Made by a program: the position numbers and the translations under genes. From positions 6,633 through 30,632 of the forward strand of contig JAJDNM010000049.1 in the NCBI GenBank assembly GCA_022340665.1: 24,000 nt of DNA, given 5' to 3'. Source of the DNA: Acidobacteriota bacterium. GTDB taxonomy: Bacteria; Acidobacteriota; Thermoanaerobaculia; Thermoanaerobaculales; Sulfomarinibacteraceae. Positions 11,592-19,286 of the stretch are shown piece by piece; positions within the stretch are counted from its first letter, which is position 1; each line of letters starts with the position of its first letter. The notes beneath the pieces are model-generated. The model had not been told where the DNA came from. It saw nothing but the letters and a program-made list of their open reading frames with translations, and ran no database searches.

Positions 11592-11938
11592 TCGAGAGCC
11601 CCCCTTCGCCACGCGTAGACATAGCCGACGAGGAGAATGGCCAGGAAAACCATCATCTCGATGAAACCGAAGAGCGCGAGCTTGTCGAAGATCACGGCCC
11701 ACGGGAAAAGGAAGATCGTCTCCACGTCGAAAATCACGAAGAGCACCGCGATCACGTAGTAACGGATGGAGAATCTCTTGTCGAGCGCGAAAGAGGTCGC
11801 TTTCACGCCACACTCGTACGGCTCGGCCTTCACCGGATCGTAGGAACCGAACCGCACCACCTTTGCCACCAGCAGGATGATGATCGGCACGGAGATCGCG
11901 ACCAGGGTGAAGATCAGGATCGGGACGTAGTGGTCCAT
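11582..11938 (-). CDS. nuoA: NADH-quinone oxidoreductase subunit A
   Basis: Internal start [10 protein letters not shown] at 11936-11938; [12 protein letters not shown]...[27 protein letters not shown] is NuoA. Confidence 0.96.
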   Translation of the reverse strand: MDHYVPILIFTLVAISVPIIILLVAKVVRFGSYDPVKAEPYECGVKATSFALDKRFSIRYYVIAVLFVIFDVETIFLFPWAVIFDKLALFGFIEMMVFLAILLVGYVYAWRRGALEWA

Positions 11939-12002
11939 ACCCCTCCTCCAGTCGGGCGCGATCATTCTAACGGCCGATCACCGCTTGTCAATAATTTCAC
12001 AA

Positions 12003-12176
12003 GCCTGGGGCTCACCATCTGTCGCCCCCTCCGGGGGCTTGAATCGCGGTTGGCGTCACGTTCCCTGGGGCTGACGCCCCAGGCTAACCGTATGACGCCC
12101 CCTTCGGGGGCTCATCTGGCCGAGCGCCGAAGGCGCGACACATGCGAAGCCTGGGGCGTGAGCCCCAGGGAAAAGG
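12003..12176. repeat. REP-like palindrome cluster between nuoA and the transposase
   Basis: Perfect/near-perfect hairpins: 12064-12083 CCTGGGGC-TGAC-GCCCCAGG; 12097-12111 GCCCCC-TTC-GGGGGC; 12124-12136 GCGCC-GAA-GGCGC; 12150-12169 CCTGGGGC-GTGA-GCCCCAGG; plus partial unit 12003-12038. Confidence 0.85.
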
Positions 12177-12219
12177 TGAATAAAACATCGATAAGCCGCG
12201 GAGCGGCGACAGATTCAAA

Positions 12220-12666
12220 TCAACCGAGGTAGCGTTCTTTGACGTCCATTCCATGTTTGGTAAGCAGGATCTTCAGTTCTTCTTCAAACGATCGTCTCCG
12301 ATGGTGTCGCTCCTGGTTCCGTACATATTGAGCCACCGACGACACGGCCGATTGGCTGACTGAGAAGGCCCCGTATCCCCTCTGCCATCCAAATTTCATG
12401 GCCGTAGCCTTTTCGTTCATCATTTTCGACGAATTCGCCTTGATAGTCCGCACCAAATCCGCAACACACAATTTGGGGGGCACTCTCGCCAAGACATGAA
12501 CGTGATCTGGCATTCCACCCACGGCGATGATTGTGCCGCCCAACCCTTTGACAATACCTCCGACATACGGAAACAGCTGATTGCGGACGACCTGAGTCAT
12601 CAGTGGAATTCGTTCCTTGGTCGAAAAAACCAAGTGTACCGACAGGTTGCTGAACGCATCTGACAT
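12220..12666 (-). mobile_element. IS200-like / TnpA_REP (Y1_Tnp, HUH) transposase gene
   Basis: MSDAFSNLSVHLVFSTKERIPLM...GGMPDHVHVLARVPP...FGWQRGYGAFSVSQSAVSSVAQYVRNQERHHRRRSFEEEL: H-x-H motif within DHVHVL, GY.AFSVS block and candidate catalytic Tyr in QYVRNQ. No accessory TnpB found; flanked by REP-like palindromes. Confidence 0.9.
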
Positions 12667-12713
12667 TTGATCCTCCGTATTGTGCGCGGAGTCCGACGGC
12701 CCCGCCGTCACAC

Positions 12714-12811
12714 ATCTATCGCCCCCTTTGGGGCCTCGCTTGTGATGTTGACCCCTTTTCCCCGAGGCTCACGCCCCGGGGCTCACCATCTGTCGCGCCT
12801 TCGGCGCTCCG
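12714..12811. repeat. REP-like palindromes on the other side of the transposase
   Basis: 12721-12734 GCCCC-CTTT-GGGGC; 12761-12780 CCCGAGGC-TCAC-GCCCCGGG (one mismatch); then ATCTGTCGC + hairpin GCGCC-TTC-GGCGC. 12778-12796 GGGGCTCACCATCTGTCGC is identical to 12007-12025. Confidence 0.85.
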
Positions 12812-12922
12812 ATCCGAAAAGCGGTTAAACACTCATGGCCCGGGGAGTCATCCCCCGAAACAGAAGGGTTTGAGTCGGAGAGCTGCGAAGCTTCGTCACA
12901 CCCCTGCTTCGCACCGCAGCTT

Positions 12923-14485
12923 TCACGAATCCTTCCAATTGACGGAGGTCGAAAGTCTGGCGCCTGGATCTCGGTCGAGGCAACGGTAGGCGATCGCTTC
13001 GGCGAGATGGGTCGACGAAATCTGCACCTCCCCCGCGAGGTCGGCGATGGTGCGGGCGACCCTCAGAATCCGGTGGTATGCACGCGCCGACAACCCCAGC
13101 CCTCGGCTTGCATGTTCGAGCAATCGCCTTCCATCAGCATCCGGTTTGGCCCAGCGGCGAATGGCATCCGGACCCATCTCGCCGTTGCAGTGCGGGCCGG
13201 CGTCGGCAAACCGATGCGCCTGTCGGCGCCTGGCTGCGGCAACCCTTTTCGCAACGACCTCGGAAGTTTCTCCCCGTCGGTCGGCTGAAAGCTCCCGCCA
13301 CGGCACCGCCGGGACCGTCACCTGCAGGTCGAGGCGGTCGAGCAGCGGCCCGGAGATCCTCGCCCTGTATCTCTCCACCGCGACCGGCGTGCAGCGGCAC
13401 TCCCGTCGATCATCACCCAGATAACCACACGGGCACGGATTGGCGGCCGCAACCATTTGAAAGCTGGCCGGAAAGACCAACGTCGCCTGCGCTCGTGCCA
13501 CCGTCACCTGACGATCCTCCAGAGGTTGCCTCAAGGCCTCGAGCACATCCCGCCGGAATTCGGTCAGCTCGTCGAGGAAGAGCACGCCATTGTGTGCGAG
13601 CGAAGCCTCGCCCGGTTGAGGGCTGGCGCCACCTCCTATCAGTGCCGCCGCCGACGTGGTGTGATGCGGTGCTCGGAAGGGCCTTCTCGCCAGGAGGCCC
13701 ATCGGCCGGGGCACTCTCGTCGACACCGAAAAGACGCAGGTCGTCTCGATCGCTTCCTCGGTGATCATCGGCGGCAGGATCCCCGGCAGCCTCCGCGCGA
13801 GCATCGACTTCCCCGCTCCCGGCGGGCCTATGAAGAGGAGGTGGTGGCCTCCCGCCGCGGCAACTTCGAGCGCTCTTCTCGCCTGTTCCTGGCCAATGAC
13901 ATCGACGAGGTCGAAAAACGCGATTGGGTCCCTCCGTTCGCTTTCGGGGGACAGCCGGGGTGGCAGCGGAGTTCCGTCCCTGACGTATCGAACAACCTCA
14001 CCGAGGCTCCCCGCACCCACCACGCGAACCCCCGCGACCACCTCGCCTTCCGAGTGGTTCGCCGCCGGCACGACGACTTCTTCGATCCCGTGATCTCGAG
14101 CCGCCAGAACGATGGGCAGAACCCCTCGCACCGGCTGCATTTTTCCCTCGAGGGACAGTTCGCCGAGCAGCAGACGGCCGGTCAGTGCCTCCGGAGGTAC
14201 GTCTCCGGTGGTTGCGAGGAGGGCCATCGCCATCGCCAGGTCGAGTGCCGCACCCTCCTTGCGTTGGTCGGCGGGCGCCAGGTTGATCACTACATTGGCA
14301 GGTTCCGTACGCCGGCCGAGATGTCGGATTGCCGCGAAAATCCTCTCTCGCGCCTCGCGCACCGCGGTGTCGGGCAGACCAACCACCGTCACCGACGGCT
14401 GATGCGCGCGAATTCGATCCACCTCGACGGTCACGAACAACGCATCCACGCCTCGCGGCGTGGCAGAATACGCCTTCGCAAGCAT
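12923..14485 (-). CDS. comM: YifB/ComM-family Mg-chelatase-like AAA ATPase
   Basis: Start MLAKAYSATPRGVDALFVTVEVD; GLPDTAVREARERI, NLAPADQRKEGAALDLAMAM, Walker A LLFIGPPGAGKSMLARRLPGILP, FRAPHHTTSAAALIGGG, NPCPCGYLGD. SD GAGGAGA upstream. Confidence 0.96.
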   Translation of the reverse strand: MLAKAYSATPRGVDALFVTVEVDRIRAHQPSVTVVGLPDTAVREARERIFAAIRHLGRRTEPANVVINLAPADQRKEGAALDLAMAMALLATTGDVPPEALTGRLLLGELSLEGKMQPVRGVLPIVLAARDHGIEEVVVPAANHSEGEVVAGVRVVGAGSLGEVVRYVRDGTPLPPRLSPESERRDPIAFFDLVDVIGQEQARRALEVAAAGGHHLLFIGPPGAGKSMLARRLPGILPPMITEEAIETTCVFSVSTRVPRPMGLLARRPFRAPHHTTSAAALIGGGASPQPGEASLAHNGVLFLDELTEFRRDVLEALRQPLEDRQVTVARAQATLVFPASFQMVAAANPCPCGYLGDDRRECRCTPVAVERYRARISGPLLDRLDLQVTVPAVPWRELSADRRGETSEVVAKRVAAARRRQAHRFADAGPHCNGEMGPDAIRRWAKPDADGRRLLEHASRGLGLSARAYHRILRVARTIADLAGEVQISSTHLAEAIAYRCLDRDPGARLSTSVNWKDS

Positions 14486-14727
14486 AATTCTCTCCTCAGT
14501 TGTCAGCGTGGATCGATTCGAGAATGACACCACCGCCGCCGTGCGTCAAGCCATTCAGCGTCGGGTAATCAGCAAATAGTCATCATTGATCAGTCCCCGA
14601 CCCTGATCACTGTTCACTGGAAACTGATGACTTTCGAGCCGCCGGGAATCCCCGGGCCCCTGCAAACGTAATAAAAGGTAGGTCAACAGGCGGTCGGCCT
14701 GTTAGAATGACCTGGACTGTCGAGCTT

Positions 14728-15076
14728 GGGGGCGTACTGGGTTCGACGGGGAACTATTTCGGTCGTCGGCAGCGTGTCGAGGGCCACCCGCTCGTAAATC
14801 GGGTGGAGGCAACTACAACTGCCGACAATAGCTACGCTCTGGCTGCGTAAGTAGCCACGTCCACCCCGAGGCTCGGCCCGTCGGTCTGGGGTGGACGATG
14901 CCAGACGGGCTGGATTGCCGTCGCGCCCGACGGCGGCGATCGAGATTTTTCGGGCTGGTCTCGCGGAAGGTTGCCAGCTAACTGACCGTGGGACGAGATG
15001 AAATAGCCGGCTGCACACGGAGAAACCGGCGATCGAAGTTCCTCGGACGTGGGTTCGATTCCCACCGCCTCCACCA
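14728..15076 (+). ncRNA. ssrA: transfer-messenger RNA (tmRNA), one-piece
   Basis: 5' GGGGGCGTACTGGGTTCGACGGGG; 3' GTGGGTTCGATTCCCACCGCCTCCACCA; 5' GGGGGCG pairs with 3' CGCCTCC (one G-U); internal tag reading frame ending YALAA-stop at 14850. Confidence 0.97.
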
Positions 15077-15111
15077 GGCTTCGTTTTCGACCCTTGGTCG
15101 GAAACGAAGCC
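15077..15111 (+). terminator. Strong hairpin immediately downstream of ssrA (terminator/processing candidate)
   Basis: GGCTTCGTTTTCGACC-CTT-GGTCGGAAACGAAGCC: 16-bp stem with one G-U, 3-nt loop; no following T tract. Confidence 0.55.
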
Positions 15112-15379
15112 TGTCCCGGCGTAGCCCGTAGGGCGAAACCGAACCTCTGCCCTCACGCCACACTTTGGTCGAAAACGCCGCCCAGTGCAAGCCAATAAGT
15201 CTACGCCACTGCCTCCAACAAATGCCGATCAAGAGTCGATGGATCGAGAGCAGAATTTGTGGCGTACAATGGAATCGCCAAGATGGCCGCCCGGTAAACG
15301 GCTGGCCGTTCGATAGTGTTCACAAGAAATCATGAATTCGTTGGGGCTCGCTCCCCAAAACGGAATCCCTGGGTATTTG

Positions 15380-16807
15380 ATGCGAAGAATTCAGATCATT
15401 CTCATTGCGCTGGTTCTCGGAACGGGTCTCCTCGCGGCACAGGAGTACAACCAGACCTTCGAGTTTCACTTCGAAGATCGGGCCATCGTCGTTCCGAAGT
15501 TCGGTCCAAAAGTGGAGGTTCTGCCGGTCCTCGAGCTCATCGGAGCGGAGCCGGGGTTCTCGCCGGCCGCGGGCACCTACGGCGTCCTCCGTGACGACCA
15601 CGTCATCCAGTTCGCGGTTGACCACAAGGTTCTGCTCGTCGACGGCGAACTTCGCGAAGCGCGCGAAGCCCCCGTAGCTTCACCAAGAGGCGTAGCAGCT
15701 TCTCTGAGCTATCTGGAGCGATGGCTGCTCAGTCCACTTGGATTTCATCTCGAGCCAATTCCCCGCGGTTACCGGATCGTGCCAGGGGCGCGCTTTGCCG
15801 AACCGATCGGCGTTCGTCCGGTTGCCGCCGATTTCGAGGCCACCACAACTCTCGTCCTGACTCTCAACCGGCCGGCGGAAGTCGATGTCGAGGAAATGCC
15901 CCCCGGCGTCATTACGGTTCGGTTCGAAGACGGTTCCCCGCAGCTCGACTCCTCGTTTCGGTTCAGCTCGCAAAGGGTGACCTCACTGACCAGCAGCGAC
16001 CAGGACATTTTCATCAGGCTCGCGAGTGGTGCCGGATTGACCTCGTGGCATCCACTCGAGAACCCCCCCAGGATCACCTTCGAGATCGGTGCCGCGCGAC
16101 CGACTCCGGTCCCTGCGCAGGCAAGGGCTCCAGTCGTCCGACCCACCGGGCCCAGACCGGTGGTGATCGACCCCGGCCACGGCGGTGACGACGTCGGCGC
16201 CCAATCACCAGAGGGGTTGCTGGAAAAAGACGTCACCCTTGCGATTGGGCGTCAACTGGCTAGAATTCTCGAAAATCGTGGCCATTCCGTGAGGCTCACA
16301 CGTGACGGCGATCAGAGTCGCGTCCTGACTGACCGCACGGCGTTCGCCAACCGCCTCGAGGCGCCGGCCTTCATCTCCCTGCATGCCAACGCGTCCACCT
16401 TTACCTCCGCCACCGGTGCCGAGACCTATTTCATGAGCCTCGACGGAGCCAGCGACGAGGCGGCGGCAGCAACCGCCGACCTGGAAAACCGGGCCGGATC
16501 TTTGCCTGAAGATCTCACGTCTCTCGATCTCATTCTCTGGGATCTCGCGCAGGCCGAGGTCCTCAATGAGAGTGCCGAGCTGGCGTTGGCCATACAGGGC
16601 CGACTCAACGCCCGCCTTGGCACCCGCGATCGGGGAGTCAAACAGGCGCCGTTCGTTGTCCTCAAGGGCGCCACCATGCCGGCGGTTCTGGTCGAGATCG
16701 GCTTCCTCTCGAACCGCACCGAAGCAGAGCGGTTGACCAGTCCCGAATACCAGCAACAGCTCGCCGAGGCCATCGCCATCGGTATCGAGGACTTCCTGAG
16801 GCGCTGA
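15380..16807 (+). CDS. N-acetylmuramoyl-L-alanine amidase (Amidase_3), secreted, with N-terminal AMIN-like region
   Basis: MRRIQIILIALVLGTGLLAAQ signal peptide; VVIDPGHGGDDVGAQSPEGLLEKDVTLAIGRQLARILENRGHSVRLTRDGD, FISLHANAS, PAVLVEIGFLSNRTEAERL. Confidence 0.94.
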   Translation: MRRIQIILIALVLGTGLLAAQEYNQTFEFHFEDRAIVVPKFGPKVEVLPVLELIGAEPGFSPAAGTYGVLRDDHVIQFAVDHKVLLVDGELREAREAPVASPRGVAASLSYLERWLLSPLGFHLEPIPRGYRIVPGARFAEPIGVRPVAADFEATTTLVLTLNRPAEVDVEEMPPGVITVRFEDGSPQLDSSFRFSSQRVTSLTSSDQDIFIRLASGAGLTSWHPLENPPRITFEIGAARPTPVPAQARAPVVRPTGPRPVVIDPGHGGDDVGAQSPEGLLEKDVTLAIGRQLARILENRGHSVRLTRDGDQSRVLTDRTAFANRLEAPAFISLHANASTFTSATGAETYFMSLDGASDEAAAATADLENRAGSLPEDLTSLDLILWDLAQAEVLNESAELALAIQGRLNARLGTRDRGVKQAPFVVLKGATMPAVLVEIGFLSNRTEAERLTSPEYQQQLAEAIAIGIEDFLRR

Positions 16808-17373
16808 TGAACTGGCGTGTCGCCCTGATTGCGGTCGCCGCAGTAGCTTCAATCGCGCTGCTCGTCTGGCTGCTGAGCGGGAGTGAGCCACACCCGGTCA
16901 GCGAGGAAGACTTCCAGGCTGGGGCGTTGCCTACGCCGACGCCGGCACCCGAGCAGCGGGTCGTTCTCCTCTTCGCCGGTTCCGACGGATTGCTTCATCC
17001 CGAGCTTCGATCGGTGCCCCTACCCGAGGAAGTGTACGAGCGGATCCGCGTCGTGATGACGGAGCTGCTGGCTGGCCCCGAATCTACCTCGAACCTGGCC
17101 CCGCCGGTCCCATACGAAGCGTCACTCGACGCTGTATTCGTCGACAACAGCGGCCGCGCTTTCGTCGACATCACGGCCCCGCCGAACGAACTCGAGGGTT
17201 CGCGCATCGAGCTCATGCTCGCCTACGGAATCGTCAACTCGATCATTCTCAACTGCCCGGAGGTGTCGTCGGTGCAGATTCTCTTCGGCGGCCACGAGGT
17301 CGATTCGTTGACCGGACACCTCGATCTTTCCCGGCCGTTGGTGCTCAACAAGCGATTCATCGCCTCGTCCTGA
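16807..17373 (+). CDS. GerMN-domain protein, membrane anchored
   Basis: N-terminal TM helix; VMTELLAGPESTSNLAPPVPYEASLDAVFVDNSGRAFVDITAPP...ELMLAYGIVNSIILNCPEVSSVQILFGGHEVDSLTGHLDLSRPL; start overlaps amidase stop. Confidence 0.85.
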   Translation: MNWRVALIAVAAVASIALLVWLLSGSEPHPVSEEDFQAGALPTPTPAPEQRVVLLFAGSDGLLHPELRSVPLPEEVYERIRVVMTELLAGPESTSNLAPPVPYEASLDAVFVDNSGRAFVDITAPPNELEGSRIELMLAYGIVNSIILNCPEVSSVQILFGGHEVDSLTGHLDLSRPLVLNKRFIASS

Positions 17374-17465
17374 GCTACTCCGTCGTCTCGAATGAAGAAC
17401 CGAATAGCTGCCATCGACTCGGCGGCCACATCCGACCGGGTGGAGCTTCCGAAATTCCACATTCC

Positions 17466-18422
17466 TCAGTCCGATTTCGACTCTGCCCAACTGTACCCAT
17501 ATGCCACGCCAATGGAATTGAAGTCACCCCCGATGCGGGTGAACGCCCCGGTGCTGGCCGCGATTCGCAGTGAATGATTGCGACGGATTTGGATTGCCAC
17601 AGTCGCACCGACGCGAGAGTTTCGCTGGAGGTCATCGCTCTCGACACCATTGACGGTGGTCTGACCACCCCACCAGAAATTGCCATCCACCGCCACCCAC
17701 AACCCGGGCTTGATCAGATAGCGCGCGTGACACTGGGTCGAGAGGATCGGATCCTGCTCACGGGTGAGGCCTCCGAAGAAGTCCGTGTTGTCGGTGTAGA
17801 ACCAACCACCAACGTAACCGTCGATCGCCCACCGATCCATCACCCGGACAAATCCGATCTCCGGCTTGAACGACCATCGGTTTGTGCCGATATTGATCAA
17901 CTTCAATGGATCGTATTGTCCGGTCGGCGCCTTGACCAGCAAACTGGCGCCGATCAGAGTTCCGGGTCGGTAGCTCCGGAACTCCATTAGGCTCATGGCG
18001 GGCGCGCCGTAAAGATTGACGCCTACTCGAACACCCATGTCGCCGAGTCCGGAACGGTCCGCATACGCCTGTTCGCCGAGGTACAGACCTTCGAGGTGGC
18101 CGACCACGTAGGGCACATAGATCCCGATATTTGCCGATCGACCGGCGAAGTCGAACGTGCGGGCAAAGCCCAGACTCGAAAAGGTAATCTGGCCACTGGC
18201 GTCGTCGATCGGCCCCGATGGGTCGAACGCGAGATCACCGTCGTTGTATGCCGCCGTAAGGTTCACCAGGTTGACGCCATAGGGCGCCGGCGTGTAGGCC
18301 GCCGGCACCAGCTCCTGCGCCACGACGACATGTGCCAAGAGAGCCGACAGGCACATCGAAATGGCGACCGCTCCGTTCGAGAACGGCACCCGTTTCCGAT
18401 TCTCCAATCCCGGCGACATCAT
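17466..18422 (-). CDS. Predicted outer-membrane beta-barrel protein (possibly MetA-pathway/transporter-like family)
   Basis: Signal peptide (ISMCLSALLAHVVVAQE) then alternating amphipathic strands and motifs GLGDMGVRVGVNLYGAP, GASLLVKAPTGQYDPLKLINIGTNRWSFKPEIGF, terminal strand AYGYSWAESKSD. Confidence 0.7.
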   Translation of the reverse strand: MMSPGLENRKRVPFSNGAVAISMCLSALLAHVVVAQELVPAAYTPAPYGVNLVNLTAAYNDGDLAFDPSGPIDDASGQITFSSLGFARTFDFAGRSANIGIYVPYVVGHLEGLYLGEQAYADRSGLGDMGVRVGVNLYGAPAMSLMEFRSYRPGTLIGASLLVKAPTGQYDPLKLINIGTNRWSFKPEIGFVRVMDRWAIDGYVGGWFYTDNTDFFGGLTREQDPILSTQCHARYLIKPGLWVAVDGNFWWGGQTTVNGVESDDLQRNSRVGATVAIQIRRNHSLRIAASTGAFTRIGGDFNSIGVAYGYSWAESKSD

Positions 18423-18473
18423 CCGGAAGGATACCTCAGGAACCTCTGGAACTCGTTCGCCCCGCCACACCCC

Positions 18474-18501
18474 AATTTCGAAATTCGAAATTCAAAATTC
18501 G
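18474..18501. repeat. Short-period AAATTCG-like repeat
   Basis: AATTTCGAAATTCGAAATTCAAAATTCG, sharply AT-rich against GC-rich surroundings. Confidence 0.8.
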
Positions 18502-18536
18502 CCAAGGTCTATACTCCTCCCGACAAGGAGACGCCG

Positions 18537-19283
18537 ATGCGACCCGACGGACGCCAGCCGCACGAGATCCGGCCGATCACTATCGAGCCCGACTTCATTC
18601 GCTATCCGGAAGGCAGCGTGCTCTACCGCGCAGGAGACACCGTGGTCCTGTGTAATGCCAGCTTGCTCGATCGCACCGCGCCTTTTCTTCGAGGCTCGGG
18701 CGAGGGCTGGGTGACCGCGGAGTACGCCATGCTGCCGCGTGCGACCGACACCCGATCGGAACGCGAGGTCAAGAAGGGCCACCCGAGCGGTCGTTCGCAG
18801 GAGATCCAGCGCCTCATCGGAAGATCCCTGCGCGCCGCCGTCCGCCGTGACCTGCTCGGGGAGTGCACCATCGCCCTCGATTGCGATGTCCTCCAGGCCG
18901 ATGGCTCGACCCGTACCGCTTCGATTTCGGGCGGTTGGATTTCCCTTGTATTCGCACTCGGTCAAATGCAGGAGCAAGGGCTTCTCTCGGAGTGGCCGCT
19001 GACCCACCAGATCATCGCCGTCGCCGTCGGGCTGGTGAACGGCGAAGCGAGGGTCGACCTCGATTACGGCGAGGACTTCGATTGCGACGTCGATCTCAAC
19101 CTCGTGTTCACAGGCGACGGCCGGTTGATCGAAATCCAGGGCACGGCCGAGGGCGAGTCATTTTCTCGTGAGCAACTCGAGTCACTTGTCGACGTGGGAT
19201 GGCGGGGCGCGCAGCAGGTGGCCGCCAAACAGAGGGAGGTCGTCGGACCGAGGTTGGAGGTCCTCGGATTGACGCTGCCATAG
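18537..19283 (+). CDS. rph: Ribonuclease PH
   Basis: [42 protein letters not shown]...[45 protein letters not shown]...[18 protein letters not shown]; full-length RNase PH pattern. Confidence 0.98.
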   Translation: [248 protein letters not shown]

Positions 19284-19286
19284 GCA

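Noticed and set aside
12003-12811. Possible CRISPR-like array because of regularly repeated GC palindromes
   Set aside because: Units are few, vary in orientation and spacing, and no cas genes are present; REP/BIME is a better fit.
14683-15195. Minus-strand 170-aa ORF including MEAVGIEPTSEELRSPVSPCAAG...
   Set aside because: Antisense to tmRNA; classic spurious product of tmRNA/tRNA 3' regions.
18096-18536. N-terminal extension of the rph ORF in the track
   Set aside because: Antisense to the outer-membrane protein gene; conserved RNase PH begins at MRPDGRQ (18537) just after an AAGGAG-type SD.
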